A stretch of DNA of 64,000 bases, taken from the NCBI RefSeq assembly GCF_009914755.1, contig NC_060946.1; one strand, written 5' to 3'. Made by a program: the position numbers and the translations under genes. Within the stretch, counting starts at the first letter, position 1. Every line of letters begins with the position of its first letter. This document shows, in pieces, positions 13,779-31,013 of this stretch. The notes beneath the pieces were generated by a model, which had not been told where the DNA came from, searched no databases, and saw only the letters and a program-made list of their open reading frames with translations. This DNA is from the human T2T-CHM13v2.0 reference genome, Homo sapiens.

Positions 13779-14468
13779 TGATATGGTTTGCATTTGGGTC
13801 CCCACCCAAATCTCATGTCAAACTGTAATCCCCCATGTTGGAAGAGGGGCCTGGTGGGAGGTGATTGGATCATGGGGGCAGATTTTCTCCTTGCTGTTCT
13901 TGTAATAGTGAGTGAGTTCTCACGAGATCTGGTTGTTTAAAAGTGTGTAGCACTTTGGCCAGGTGTGGTGGCTCACGCCTATAATCCCAACACTGTGGGA
14001 GGCCATGACGGGTGGATCACTTGAGGTCAGGAGTTTGAGACCAGCCTGGCCAACATGGTGAAACCCAGTCTTTACTAAAAATACAAAAATTAGCCAGGTA
14101 TTATGGCACACACCTGCAGTCCCACCTACTTGGGAGGCTGAGGCATGATAATCACTTTAACCTGGGAGGTGGAGGTTGTAGTGAGCCGAGATCACGCTAC
14201 TGCACACCAGCCTGGGTGACAGAGCGAGGCTCTGTCTCAAAAACAAAATAAAGTGTGTAGCACCTCCCCTTTCTCTCTCTTCCTCCTGCTCCAGGCATGT
14301 AAGACAGGCCTGCTTCCCTTTCGCCTTCTGACACAGTTGAAAGTTTCCTGAGGCCTCCCCAGCCATGCTTCCCATACAGCCTGTGGAGCCACAGCCATTA
14401 AACCTCTTTTCTTTAAAATTACCCAGTTCCAGGTATTTCTTTAGAGCAGCGTGAGAATGGACTAATAA
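13779..14468 (+). mobile_element. MSTA-type MaLR solo LTR split by an Alu
   Basis: tgatatggtttg...cccacccaaatctcat...aagtttcctgaggcctccccagcc...ggactaata. Confidence 0.88.
13957..14249 (+). mobile_element. AluSx/Sz inside the MSTA LTR
   Basis: Full dimer; TSD aaagtgtgtagcac. Confidence 0.95.
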
Positions 14469-15169
14469 AGAGATGAGTAAGACATGGGCTTACAACATGG
14501 CTGTGGAGATGATGACAGCAACCCCTTACAAAATAATTACGCTCAATAAAATGCTCTACATCTCTTTCTCTTCAGTCGCAATCATAGAGAATGATTAGTT
14601 AGCAATTCCAGGTAGGATTTGGCAAGGATGGACTGAACTGGAGAGATGTTCTGTGCACCAGGAGCTCTGAGGAAGGTGGGCTGGGAGGGGAAGGAGATGT
14701 ACTATGGATTCTTTCTAACACTCTGTTCTGGGTGCCTGTGCTAAGGGGTTGATGGGTGACAGAGGGAGAGAGGAACAGGTAGTCTGGGGAATCTCTGGGT
14801 GTGTCCACTGTGAGTGGAAGGGCTGTTTCTCATACCTTTCCCATTCCAGCGTGGGCATGTCCCAGCTTGACTACCACCGGGAAGTGTGGGGCTGTGACCT
14901 GAAAGAGACAAGAAGAAGTCACTCTTAACATCTCAGAGCATTGCCACCAAGGCTCTGGGTGCTGCTTGTTCCATAGAAAGATCCATTCATTTCATATGGT
15001 CGGGAATCCCCACAAGAATGCTTCGACAGATGGTCACCCAGCCATGGCCCAAACACCCTCAATGTCAGTGCTTTTGGCTTCCAAAGGAAGCTCTGAGCTC
15101 TTAAGACCAGCTTGTCTGGGGCACCCATCAATCTGCAGAGACAATGGAGTGGGACAAACCAACTGGTTT

Positions 15170-15666
<497 letters not shown>

Positions 15667-16640
15667 CATTATTCTTTCAAATAACACTTCAACCACCTGA
15701 AAACTTTCACTACTTCCCTTAAGCCTCCCCAGGCCACCATACGAGGCTGCTTAATAATAGCGGCCATGTCTGCCTCTGGCACAAGCGTTTATCGACTGTA
15801 CCACATAGGCTCCGTGCTGAGCGACTGCTCTGCGTCACCTCCCTTAGGAAGCCACACTTGAGGACAGCAGCCTTGCTGGGTTGGTTCCCTGCTGCACCCC
15901 CAGCTCCTAGAACACGGCCTGATCCAGGGAAGGTGCTCGATACTGAATCTGTCCTTCAATCAGGCCCCTCAGCAAGACCTAGGAGGCATGCATGCTTCTC
16001 CCTCTGACACAAGTGAGACAGTTGGGCTGGAAAGACTGTATACTTCCCCACACACACCATCACTTAACCAGGGAGCTAGGAAGCCAGGACTCAGGCCTGA
16101 GCTTTGCTTTCCCCCTTTCATGTTGTTCATGTGTTTTTTGAGGGTGTTTTCTTGATTTCTAGAAGAACATTTTGCATTGCGTGAGGGCAAAGGTTATCCC
16201 TCCTAGTTATGTACTAATAACATAACTTCCTTCCATGTGGACCATTCCCAACTGGGGGCCATCCTGACCCCTTCTCCTCGGCTGTCCATGGACAGCACTG
16301 TCTGTCCTCTTACACTGTGGGCACCGAAGGAACGCAGCCTTGCCCTCTTGATGTCTCTTGCCTGGTCTGTCCTGTAGTAGCTGCTGAGCCTCTGCAGAAG
16401 GCCGCCTGTGCATCACAAAGCCATTCTGTGGCCCTCATCTCATTTTACCCCCACACTGGCCTTAGAAGGCAACCAGGGAAAGTATTTTAATCACCATTTT
16501 ACAGATAAGAAAATCGAGACTCAAGTGAGTTGCTGGGAAGGGGTGGAGCTGGGACTTGAACTTGGGTCTGTCAGACTCCCAGCTTGAGTTGAACAGTTCC
16601 CTTTTAGTCTAGCACAAGAGTGGCCTGCAGTAGACTTTAA

Positions 16641-16955
<315 letters not shown>

Positions 16956-17403
16956 TGATTTCAGGCTAAAATTTACCATACCCTGGTGTCTATGGTGAAT
17001 ACATACATGTTAAAAAAACAGCAACATTTGATTTTGATTCCAAAAGCAATAAGTACTCACTATAAAAACTTTGCAAAATATGATAAGATTAATTGAAAGA
17101 ACCTCATCAGTTACCTTATTGATTGATATATATATCAATTACCTTAAGTATAAAGACGTCAATAAAAATCATCCTCAGACTGCTAACAGTTTTGGTTTAT
17201 TATCTGCTGCTCTTTTAAAAAAAATCTGTATTGAGGTTTTCCCTTGATTTGTTCTGTTTTTACAAAATTGGGAGTATAGTGGATATCCAGTCTTGGTTCT
17301 TGCTCTTTCCACTTAATATTATGTAATGAGAATACTCCTGGTGGTTATTACTTGTTAACTTAATAATAATTATGAAATATTTCACATATGGAAAAAGCCT
17401 TAA

Positions 17404-17768
<365 letters not shown>

Positions 17769-18114
17769 AAGTCAAGTTTATGTGTCTTGACTCTCCATCA
17801 AGCACTCTCTCCATCAAGGCACACTTTTCTGGGAATCATATGCATATCTGGGGTGTAATAAATGCTCCCCACCCCCCATGATAGTGATCAATAAAATAAT
17901 ATCAAATCAATTGCGCGGGCACGACTGAATGAGAACTATGTGGCTAGTTATGTGTCTTGTGCTGGTTGGGGCACACCAAAGGTTGAGACAAGATTTCTGC
18001 CCTCAGAGGATTTATTATCTGCTTGGACCCATGGGCTGTACAATGAAAGAGCAGAGTGAGGCAGCATGGCAGGAAGCTGTGGGGTACGTCGCGGTCATGT
18101 GCAAGTCTCCAGAG

Positions 18115-18643
18115 CAGAGCCCAACATTTTTGGCACCAGGGACCAGTTTTGTGGAAGAGAATTTTTACACGAACTAGAGGGGGATGAGGGGATGGTTTTA
18201 GGATGATTCCAGAGCATTGCATTTATTGTGCATTTTATTTCTATTATTATTACCTTGTAATACATGATGAAATAATTACACAACTCACCATAATGTAGGA
18301 TTAGTGGGAGCCCTGAGCTTGTTTTCTTGCAACTAGACAGTCCCATCTGGGGGTGATGGGAGACAGTGACAGATCATCAGGCATTAGATTTACATAACGA
18401 GAGGGCAACCTACATTCCTCGAATGCGCAATTCACGACAGGGTTAGTACTCCTATGAGAATCTAATGCTGCCTCTGATCTGACAGGAGATGGGGCTCAGG
18501 CGGTCGTGCGAGTGATGCAGAGTGGCTGTAAATACAGATGAAGCCTCACTCACTTACCCACGGCTCACCTTCTGCTGTGCAGCTCTGTTTCTAACAGGCC
18601 ATGGACCTGTACTGGTCTGTGGCCCAGAGGTGGGGGACCCCTG
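18115..18643 (+). mobile_element. MER1A (hAT-Charlie), full length
   Basis: cag...ggacccctg termini with perfect 8-bp TSD CTCCAGAG (18107-18114 / 18644-18651). Confidence 0.9.
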
Positions 18644-18810
18644 CTCCAGAGGAAATGAGGCTCTGACCAGGGTTCTGAAGGATGAGTAGGTTGTGGGTGG
18701 ATGGATAGAAGGCACAGAGTTCCCCCAAGGGTGAATGGTGCAGACCACCACGGTCTTCCCGTGGGGCATGTTTAGATTCTTCATGAGCTCTAATAAACAA
18801 AGACCCATAG

Positions 18811-19149
<339 letters not shown>

Positions 19150-19341
19150 TGATCTGCAATAAATCTATTTTGCAGGTGATTGCTGAACAGAATTGTATAT
19201 TTGAACGGCATGTCCTTCTCCAGGGTTCTTAAATGAAATTGGAGGAATGTGTTCATTGCTAGAAATTGTGGAGTAGGTGCTGTATCTGTATTTAGAGAAC
19301 ACAGAAAGTCAATCTAGCAAAATCTGAGAATGTTTAAGTAA

Positions 19342-19726
<385 letters not shown>

Positions 19727-20399
19727 TCCTTTGCCATTTTTTACTTTGACTTGTGGGAAACAGCAATCTTTTTAGAACCACGTATGGGCTGGCAAGACTC
19801 CGGGCTAGTGCTGGGGACACAGAAGAGGTAATTTGGGGCCAGATTATTGGGGGCCTTTGAAACCAAAGAGGGGAGTTCAGGTTGCTTGGATGGACAGTGG
19901 GGAAGCAGGATAGTTCTGGAACCGGGGAGTGACCTGCCAGCTGTGGGCAGGATGGATTTGTGCTAGTGGTGACTGAAGGGCCAGGGGCCAGTTTGGAATT
20001 CATTCTAAAGACAGTAAATGCCACTGGTTGGGCCTGGACTGGGAAGAAATGGTAGAGGGAGTGGGAGCACTCCCAGAGCTTTTCTTTTCTTTTCTTTTTT
20101 TTTTTTTGTGACACTTCTTTATTGAAATAATAGTATTAAAATGACCAGAGAAATTCAAGACAAAAATTGTCTACAATCTCATCGTCTAACCAAATCAGTG
20201 TTTGCATTGGTCCACATTACCTTATAATTTTTATATGTCCAATAAAACCCCCAGGATACTTTACAACAATATTAGAGGTAGAATTTTGCATCTATCTTCT
20301 CACTTAATATTATACCATAAGTGTTTTCTTATTTTTGCTACAGATGTTTTTATTTTCTTCTATCTTTCCCCACTCCCCTTCTCCAGACCAGGTAACTAA

Positions 20400-20909
<510 letters not shown>

Positions 20910-21128
20910 AATCCTGATAGTTTTAATAATAGCTGCACCGTCTACACATGTACACGTGCACTGGTTTCCTATTAATAGACATTTGTGTTATTCATTCTCT
21001 CTCTGCTACTATAAACGAGACTTCATTAAACATCTTTGTACACATGTCCTTATGAGCTAGTGTTTTAATTCCTCCAGGCCAGTCCAGGAGATTTTCAAAG
21101 GGAGAACCAGCAGAATTTGGAGACATTC

Positions 21129-21173
21129 TTTTTTTTTTTTTTTGAGATGGAGTCTCGCTCTGTCGCCCAGGCT
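21129..21173 (-). mobile_element. Severely 5'-truncated Alu (tail plus 30 bp)
   Basis: T15 then gagatggagtctcgctctgtcgcccaggct, then unrelated sequence. Confidence 0.85.
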
Positions 21174-21381
21174 TCTATTTCTAAAGTCAGTTGTTAGAGC
21201 TCAAGAAATGAAACCGGATGCCATGGCATTGCATACGGGGTGAATCAGCCACCATATTACCTCCAGGCTAAAAGTGACTGTATTTATTGTCATGTAAGAA
21301 GGGCCAGGAACGGGACCAGGCACTTTATGGATGGTAGCATCCTTTCCCTCCCCCATGTTATAGATAACAAAACACAGCGCT

Positions 21382-21720
<339 letters not shown>

Positions 21721-22630
21721 ACACAGCCCTTTGCCCGAAGCCAGACAGTGAAGACGGTGCTGCTGCCCTGTGGCCACCCCACTTCCCAAGCTGTTCAAAT
21801 GGGTGTCGAAGGCCATTCCCACTTCTACCCCTTTGCAACATGCCAGCCCCTCCCCAAACACAGACAGGTCACAGAGGACAAAAAACATCTTGCCGGCTAT
21901 TTTCTCTCTTCCCTTCCCAACAATAGCTTTATTTAGTTCCCCTGGGGATGCCGAGGTCTGCATCAGCCTCTCACAGGCTCCCTGTCCCGCTCACATGCCC
22001 CGGGCACTCCAGAGTGCAGCACTGCCCAGTGGCGTAAGAGGCCTGACATCCTGTCAGAAGGGGCAGACCGATTTTGGAAAACAGAGATCCCCACCCAGAT
22101 AAGGGCTTTATTCAAAAGAACCCAAAGAAACCAAAATACTCGGGGTAGCCCAGTGCCTATGCTGGGTGTTCCCTTGGGAGGATTAGAGATGGGAGTGGAA
22201 GCCCAGGTCAGCCTAGTCACAGCCGCATCCTCAATCCACAGAGTCAGAGAAACAGGACTTTAGAGTGGCCCGGACAGCCTCCCACCAAAGGAGGCAACTC
22301 CTCCTATGTTCTTGACTCTGAAGATTTAAATAGTCAGAGTCTGGTCCTACGTAAGCGATGGGAAAATCAAGATCGAGAAGAATCTGGAGGAAGAAATCAA
22401 GGACTGAAGTCTGGGAAGACTTCCAGGAGGAGCTGGCCTCCATTTCCTGCCTCCAAGGCTCTGCCTGATCCAGCTCTCCCCCATGTCTTCTGTTTCATCT
22501 CATGTGTCTCCCTCCTCCTCCTCAGCCCAACCCCTAACTCCCAGTTACAGCCTACTGACCTTTCAGTTCTTTACTGAATGTGCCGCACTCCCTCCAGCCA
22601 CGGTCTTTGCGTAAGCTGTTCCCTGTTTCC

Positions 22631-22754
22631 CTGAGATACCCTCCCTCACACTCTTTTCTAGGCCAATCCCGTCTCATACTCATGTCTCCGCTGAGATACC
22701 CTCCCTCACACTCTTTTCTAGGCCAATCCCGTCTCATACTCATGTCTCCGCTGA
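22631..22754. repeat. Perfect 60-bp tandem duplication (2 copies plus 4 bp)
   Basis: 22631-22690 is identical to 22691-22750, followed by CTGA. Confidence 0.98.
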
Positions 22755-22871
22755 AATTCTGTCCCTGAAAAGCCCTCCCGGGCCACTGGTCTCCCGTAGG
22801 CACTTCCTGTTATCTTCTCTATCTCACTCTGAGAGTTCTCTTTTCCTAGCTCTAGACACCATTTAGAATTA

Positions 22872-23206
<335 letters not shown>

Positions 23207-23599
23207 TTAACTGTCTGTTTCTCCACTCCCCATAGGTGGTCTGAGGACAGGAACTTTGCTTGTTTTGTTTACCACTGCGTCTCTAGACTCTCCACAAGGC
23301 CCGGCAGACAGTAAGCGCGTTTGTTGAATGCGTATTAGACGAAGTCTCCCACAACAAGCGGGAGAAGTCATATGCGAAAAGGCAGAGTCAGGAGGAATGT
23401 GGTGATTCGAGTGGAAGGTTTGTTGGGGATGCAGCCAGAATTAGGGCGGACAGATCAGGAATGGCAAGCTTGGGAAGGGCCTGGCACCAGAGGTAGGAGT
23501 TTGAACTGTGTTTCATGGCTACCAGGCAGCCGTCGAGGGTTTGGATGCAGTGGGGTAGACACCTGTAGAGCAGGCTTTAGGAAGAGTTCTCTGGAGGCT

Positions 23600-23830
23600 G
23601 TGGAAACAACAGCTCATATCTCTTGAGCCTTTAGTGTGTACCAGGCATGGGGCTAAGCACTTTACATATATCGCCCCACGTAAGCCTCTTGATACTTCTT
23701 CTGTGAGGTAGCTCCTATCTTTATTCCATTTTACATACATGGAAATAAAGGCAAAGAGAGGTGAAGTTTTTGGCCTAAGATCACTCAGCAAGAAAGTGGA
23801 AGAGCTAGGATTCAGCCAGAGCCACCCGCC
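23600..23830 (-). mobile_element. MIR
   Basis: gctaagcactttacata...ccattttaca...ggaaataaaggc. Confidence 0.75.
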
Positions 23831-24949
23831 CCTGCTCCCTCCTGCATGGTGCCGCCTCTGGACAACTATGATCATCCAGCGCTTCCCCTGCACCCAGAAC
23901 TGGAGCACGTGGGTGGAGGCCAGCAGACCTGTTAGGACAAGACTGGCTGCAGTCATCACTGGGCAGGGCAGGGCAAGGTGGCAGCAGCATGGACATGGGT
24001 AGAAGGATGCCAGTTCACTTCTGGCTCCCACATTTACAGTTGTGAGCCCTTGGGTAAGTCACCGACCACTCTGTGACTCAGTTTCCTCATGCCCCAAATA
24101 GGAAGATCACTTGAATCCCACTAGATTGATGGGAGGAATGGACATTATAATAGATTTTGGTCACTGAGGAGTTGGTCACTGGATGGTTGTTGCTAGTGGA
24201 GAGGCACAAATGAACTTAGAGGATGCCCAGGGCCTGGCTGGCCTGGAGTAGGATGGCAGTCTGCCCTTGCTCTCATCTCCTCCACATCTATGATCTCAGG
24301 GGCACGGCAGCAAGTGGGGGCCGTGGGATGTCAAAGGCTGATCTGTTATTCCTTGGAAGCAGGAAGGGAAGGGAAGGGGAAGGAAGCCTGAGGCCCAGGT
24401 TGTGAGCAGGGAGCGCGTTACGAAGCCTTTGACAGAAATGGGGCAGCCCGGAAATGGGGTTTGTGGTAGACATTTAAAACAGACTCATTCAACAGAAAGC
24501 ACAGGAGCACTCCCACGGCTGCTTCATAAAGCTTAACCTTGCTGTGTAGCATCTGACAGACTATCCTTGGAATTTTAAGCACGGCACATAGAGACACTCC
24601 TGTCAGGAGGAGGAGCACAGACAAGATGACCTTTGCAACTCTTCTGTAATTCTGCCATGTTGTGACAAATCTACCAAATGCCATTTAGAGGAGTGAAATG
24701 TGGAAACGCAAATATGTTAAGACAAAACTTCACGGCTTACGGGGCTCTGTGTGGTCTGACCCCTGCCTTCTGCTCCAAACCCATCTTACCCACACTCCCC
24801 CATCAGCCTCTCTGGCCCAGGCTCAGTGGCTTTCTCCCCAGCCTGGATACTAGTATACTAGTGCTGTCCCCTCTGGCCACAGGGGCTTTGCATATGCTGT
24901 TTTTATTGCCTGCAGCGAAGTCCCTCTCTGCTCCTCTTCATTCAGCCAA

Positions 24950-25225
24950 CTCTTTATTTTTTATTTTTTATTTTTTTTAATTTTTAAATAAGTATTTATT
25001 TTAAAAATAATTATTTATTTATTTATTTTTATTATACTTTAAGTTTTAGGGTACATGTGCACAACGTGCAGGTTTGTTACATATGTATACATGTGCCATG
25101 TTGGTGTGCTGCACCCATTAACTCGTCATTTAACATTAGGTATATCTCCTAATGCTGTCCCTCCCCGCCTCCCCCCACCCCACAACAGGCCCCTATGTGT
25201 GATGTTCCCCTTCCTGTGTCCATGT
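24950..25225 (-). mobile_element. 5'-truncated primate L1PA 3' end with AT-rich tail, inside an L2
   Basis: ttatactttaagttttagggtacatgtgcacaacgtgcaggtttgttacatatgtatacatgtgccatg is the young L1PA 3' UTR. Confidence 0.93.
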
Positions 25226-26223
25226 CTGCATGCTTCAGAAGTCAGCTCCAACATCACCTCCCCAAGCAGCTGGCTTGCATCTCCCTGCCTATGTCACAGT
25301 CTGCTCATCTGTTCTTCCTTCTTAGCCATTTCAAATGGATCTGTGTGATTGTTGAGGAATGTCTGACTCCAAGAGAAGCGGTGGGGCAGTGTCTGTGGCT
25401 GCTCAACATTGAACCCTCAGGCCTCTCCTGAATGACAGACCTGCCTCCTGATCCCGGCCGCCAGGTGCTGCTGCAGAACCTGCAACTCAACATTTCCAAA
25501 CAACTGCATGAATTCCCATCAAAAATGTTCTCTTCTCTTCTTGTACCCCAACCTCAGTCAACGCTGCCACCACCCGCCCAGGTGCCCAAGATAGAGATCC
25601 TGCCTGCCTTCTTCATCCTTATACCTGTCCTGACCCTGGTCAGGCACACAGGAGGGCCCAGGAGATGTTTGCAGAGTGAGGTCTGTGGTCTCCCTGCCCA
25701 GCCTCGAGCTCTCTGGCCTTCTAATCCCACCTCTGAACTCCCTGCATCACCTCCTTCCACCTTAAGTCTGTCTTGGGAAAATACCGGTAGCATATTCAGA
25801 AAAATGAAACGAAATCTGCCCTACCAAAAAACAAATATTCCATTATCTTACATTTCCTGTTTCCCTGAGAAACGGAATAGTCAAAAATAAACAAACTGAT
25901 AGGATGGCAATATTTGTCTGCTTTTCTTGTTCTTGCCTGTGTGATGTTTATAGCATAGAACAGGTTCAGTCTCCCATGAGGATCCTCCTGGGTGACACTC
26001 ACCATGCAGACAACATCTCCAGCAAACTGTGGCTCTGGGGAGGGTCTGAATGATCCTAAATGACGGGGAAGCGAAGACCACCCTGAGCCACATGGATACA
26101 CGCAGCTGCGGGATCACAGACCCTCTGGGCTTGTGCTATAATTTACTTTTTTTGACAGTCTTGTTCCAGCTGCATCTGTAGATGGGGAAAAGCACCCCTT
26201 TCCAAGTCAGATGACCCTTTTAA

Positions 26224-26544
<321 letters not shown>

Positions 26545-27201
26545 TAATATGGGAATTACTGTTCTTCTTAGTTACTTCAGAAAATAGTTGAATAACAATT
26601 ACTTCAGTGTCCACATTTCTTTGCTTCAGTTGATGTTCACACATTTAATGTCTTAAGATTAAAGATAAATGTAAACTTTTGTTTAAAAGTACTGTTGTCT
26701 TGGTATTGCATAGAAGAAATACTGTTTGCTTGGGGCTGTAGGCAAAGGCATTTCATCTGGTTCAGAGAAACTATTTGTGCAGTGCCATGAAATTAGCTGG
26801 AAGAGAGAAGATAGGCTTTGAAGCCAGGCAGACTTGCGTTTAAATATCATTAGCATCAGTTCCTATGGGGATATCCTTGGCAAGTTTCTTAGCCTTTCCA
26901 GTCTCAGCTGCTTTACCTATAAATGGGAATAAGCACACCCAAAATCGACGTTGTTGTGAAGATTTGAGTTTTCATGTAAAATACATGTTATAGGTATCTG
27001 GATCCTAGCCAGAAACTCTTTGGGGATAATTTAAACTGATACGCAGTTAAAATCAGTACAACTCCCCCTCCTTCAAATTAGTACTTGATACAGTGATAGC
27101 CATTGCTCTTTTTTTCTTCTTCTTTTTTTTAAAGTTTTCCTTTTTGTACTATTTATTGTAAAAATATCTGCTTTGAATTTATTTTTAAAGTTATTAAATT
27201 G

Positions 27202-27516
27202 GGCCAGGCCTGGTGGCTCACACCTGTAATCCCAGCACTTTGGGAGGCCGAGGCGGGTGGATCACGAGGTCAGGAGATCGAGACCATCCTGGCTAACATG
27301 GTGAAACCCCGTCTCTACTAAAAATACAAAAAATTAGCTGGACGTGGTTGCAGGTGCCTGTAGTCCCAGTTACTCGGGAGGCTGAGGGAGGAGAATGGCG
27401 TGAATCCGGGAGGCGGAGCTTTCGGTGAGCGGAGATGGAGCCACTACTCCAGCCTGGGCGACAGAGTGAGACTCTGTCTCAATAAATGAATAAATAAATA
27501 AATAAAATAAAATAAA
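27202..27516 (+). mobile_element. AluY with (AAAT)n tail
   Basis: Y diagnostics; TSD taaagttat. Confidence 0.95.
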
Positions 27517-27635
27517 GTTATCATTACATTGAATAATGAATTTGTCTGATATTCCTTATATAAATAATGATTCTATGTATTTATTTACCTGTGCAGAAAT
27601 ATACTTAAACTCTAGTGATGACATCCTGCCTGGTG

Positions 27636-27951
27636 TTTTTTTTTTTTTTTTAAGAGACAGGGTCTTTCTCTGTTGCCCAGGCTGGAGTACAGTGGCGTGG
27701 TCGTAGCTCACTGTAATCTCAAACTCCTGTACTCAAGTAATCCTTCTGCCTCAGCCTCTCCAGTAACTGGGACTACAAGCGTGTGCCACCATGCCCAGCT
27801 AATTAAAAAATAAATAAATAAAAGTGTTTTTGGAGGAGACAGGGTCTCGCTTTGTTGCCCAGGCTGGACTCAAACTCCTAGCCTAAAGCAACCCTCCCAC
27901 CTCAGCCTCTCAAAGTACTGGGATTACAGGTGTGAGCCACTGCACTTGACC
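27636..27951 (-). mobile_element. AluJ
   Basis: J-type motifs; TSD ctgcctggt. Confidence 0.92.
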
Positions 27952-28160
27952 TCTGCCTGGTTTTTATCCTGTAAATCTTGCATAACCTTTTAATGTAATT
28001 CAGTGAAATCTGACCCACTATAGCTGCAGAGATGGTGCCCGAATTTTTAAACTGTTTACAGCTGTTATTTTACAACTTTATTGAGATACAATTCACATAC
28101 CATAAAATTCACCCTTTTAGAAATGTGAAGGAAACTAGTCATAAAAGAATGTACAATTCA

Positions 28161-28508
<348 letters not shown>

Positions 28509-28724
28509 TCAACACTACCTATGTTTAGAACGTTTTTATCACTCAAAAAGAAACTCGGTACATAGTACCAGTCCTTCCCCATTTCCCTGGAGCCCCTTCC
28601 AGCCTCTGATGACCAATGCTCTACTTTCTGTCTCTACAGATTTCCCTATTCTGGACATTTCAGACACATGGACTCACACAATATGTGGCCTTTTGTGACT
28701 AGTTTCCTTCACTTTGTATGTGTG

Positions 28725-29036
<312 letters not shown>

Positions 29037-29424
29037 ACTTTGTTTTGAAGGTTCATCCATGTTGTAACATTTATCAGTGCTTCATTCTTTTTATTGCCAC
29101 ACAGTATTCTGTTGTATGGATGGTGTCTGACGTTTAATTATATTTTGGAATGACCTGGATATGTATTTCCAGTGATTGCAGACCATGAAGACAAATGAAT
29201 GTCTAGGAAATCTCAAGAATATGGGTAATACTTTGGCAACGCCCTGGATCAGAAGTGATTTCTATACCTAACTGGGCAGCTCATGAATTTTTAACATTTG
29301 GGAAGAAGGAAGGTTTTCACAAGTGAACCAACACTAGCTTGCAGGGTCTTGCATCCTGTGTGAAACCTTTTCCGTCTCATCCACTGTTGTATCTTTGGCC
29401 ATTTGAGAGCAGAGGGCTTCAGCT

Positions 29425-29741
<317 letters not shown>

Positions 29742-29865
29742 GAGCTAGATCTTTTGTACAATTATTGGGGTGAGCAAGATCTCTGCTTCTGGCTTATTCT
29801 TACTTTGTCATCCCATGAGCAAGGTGATAAAGAGAAGGGCTAAGAAGGAAGAATGTTCAGGATGC

Positions 29866-30670
29866 TGTGACGTGATAAGAAACATGCATTTAGTCTGTGC
29901 TTCCAGTTCCTGAGACAGAGCTCCTAAAAGCCTTGTAATTTCCTGAGTGACAGGGGTGCTGGGAGCATCTTTTGTTCTAATGAGGCCACTCTTGGTGGGC
30001 TCCTGGATAGCTTCAGGATGGGGGCTGGTCACCAGATTGAGGCTTGAATCTTTCAGTCCCACCCTTCATCCTCTGGGAAGGAGAGATGGGATAGAGATTG
30101 AACTAATAATTCTTCATGCCTATGTGATGAGGCTTCCATAAAAATCCCTCAACTACAGAACTGGAGAGCTTCCGGGTTGCTGAAAACCTCCGTGTGCTAG
30201 GAGGGTGGTGTGCCCCAACTCCATGGTGATAGAAGCTCCTGTCCTTGGGACCCTTCTGGATTTTGCCCTATGTTCCTCTTCATCTGACTGTTCTTTATAT
30301 CCTTTCTCACATCTCTTATAATAAACCAATAAATATAAGTAAAGTGTCTCCTGAATTATGTGAGCAGTTATAGCAAATTATCAAATATGAGCAGGGACTT
30401 ATGTGAACTCCAACTCCAACTCCAACCAGTCAGACAAAAGTGTGGGTACCATGGGCACCCAAATTTGCAACTGGCTTCTGAAGTGGGGGACAGTCTTGTG
30501 GGACTGAGCCCTTAACCGGTAGGATCTATGCTAACTCCAGGTAGTTAGTGTCAGAATTGAATTCAATTGCAGGACACTCAGTTGGTATCCACAGAGAACT
30601 GGATAATCACTTGGTATGGAAAACCCACATATTTAGTGTCAGAAGTGTTGCGAGTAGAAAAATAGTTTCA
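29866..30670 (+). mobile_element. MER21 (MER21C-like) LTR
   Basis: cagagctcctaaaagccttg...gagagcttccgggttg...cagtcttgtgggactgagccctta...gtcagaattgaatt. Confidence 0.82.
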
Positions 30671-30709
30671 CTTTAGGGGCTAAAGAAAAAAGTATAGAGA
30701 AATACTGGA

Positions 30710-31013
30710 GGCCACGCATGGTGGCTCACGCCTGAAATCCCAACATTTTGGGAGGTCAAGGCAGGAGGATCGCTTAAGGCCAAAAGTTAAAGACCAGCCA
30801 AGGCAACATAGTAAGACCTTGTCTCTATAAAAGAAAAAAAAATTAGCCAGGCATGGTGGCACATGCCTGTAGTCCCAGCCACTTGGGAGGCTGAGGTGGG
30901 ATGATCACTTGAGCCCAGGAATTGGAGGCTGCAGTGAGCAGCTGCACCACTGAACTCCAGCCTGGGTGACAAAGTGAGACCCTGTGTCCTAAATAAATAA
31001 ATAAATAAATAAA
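30710..31013 (+). mobile_element. AluJ; (TAAA)n tail continues at ~31432-31471 beyond the inserted LTR
   Basis: J motifs ggaggatcgcttaagg, cacttgagcccagga. Confidence 0.92.

Noticed and set aside
22631-22754. Direct repeat considered as a CRISPR-like array
   Set aside because: Two abutting copies, no spacers, eukaryotic context
24849-24862. 14-bp palindrome ACTAGTATACTAGT and other tiny duplications (e.g. 3268-3292, 17790-17820)
   Set aside because: Explained by ordinary short slippage duplications
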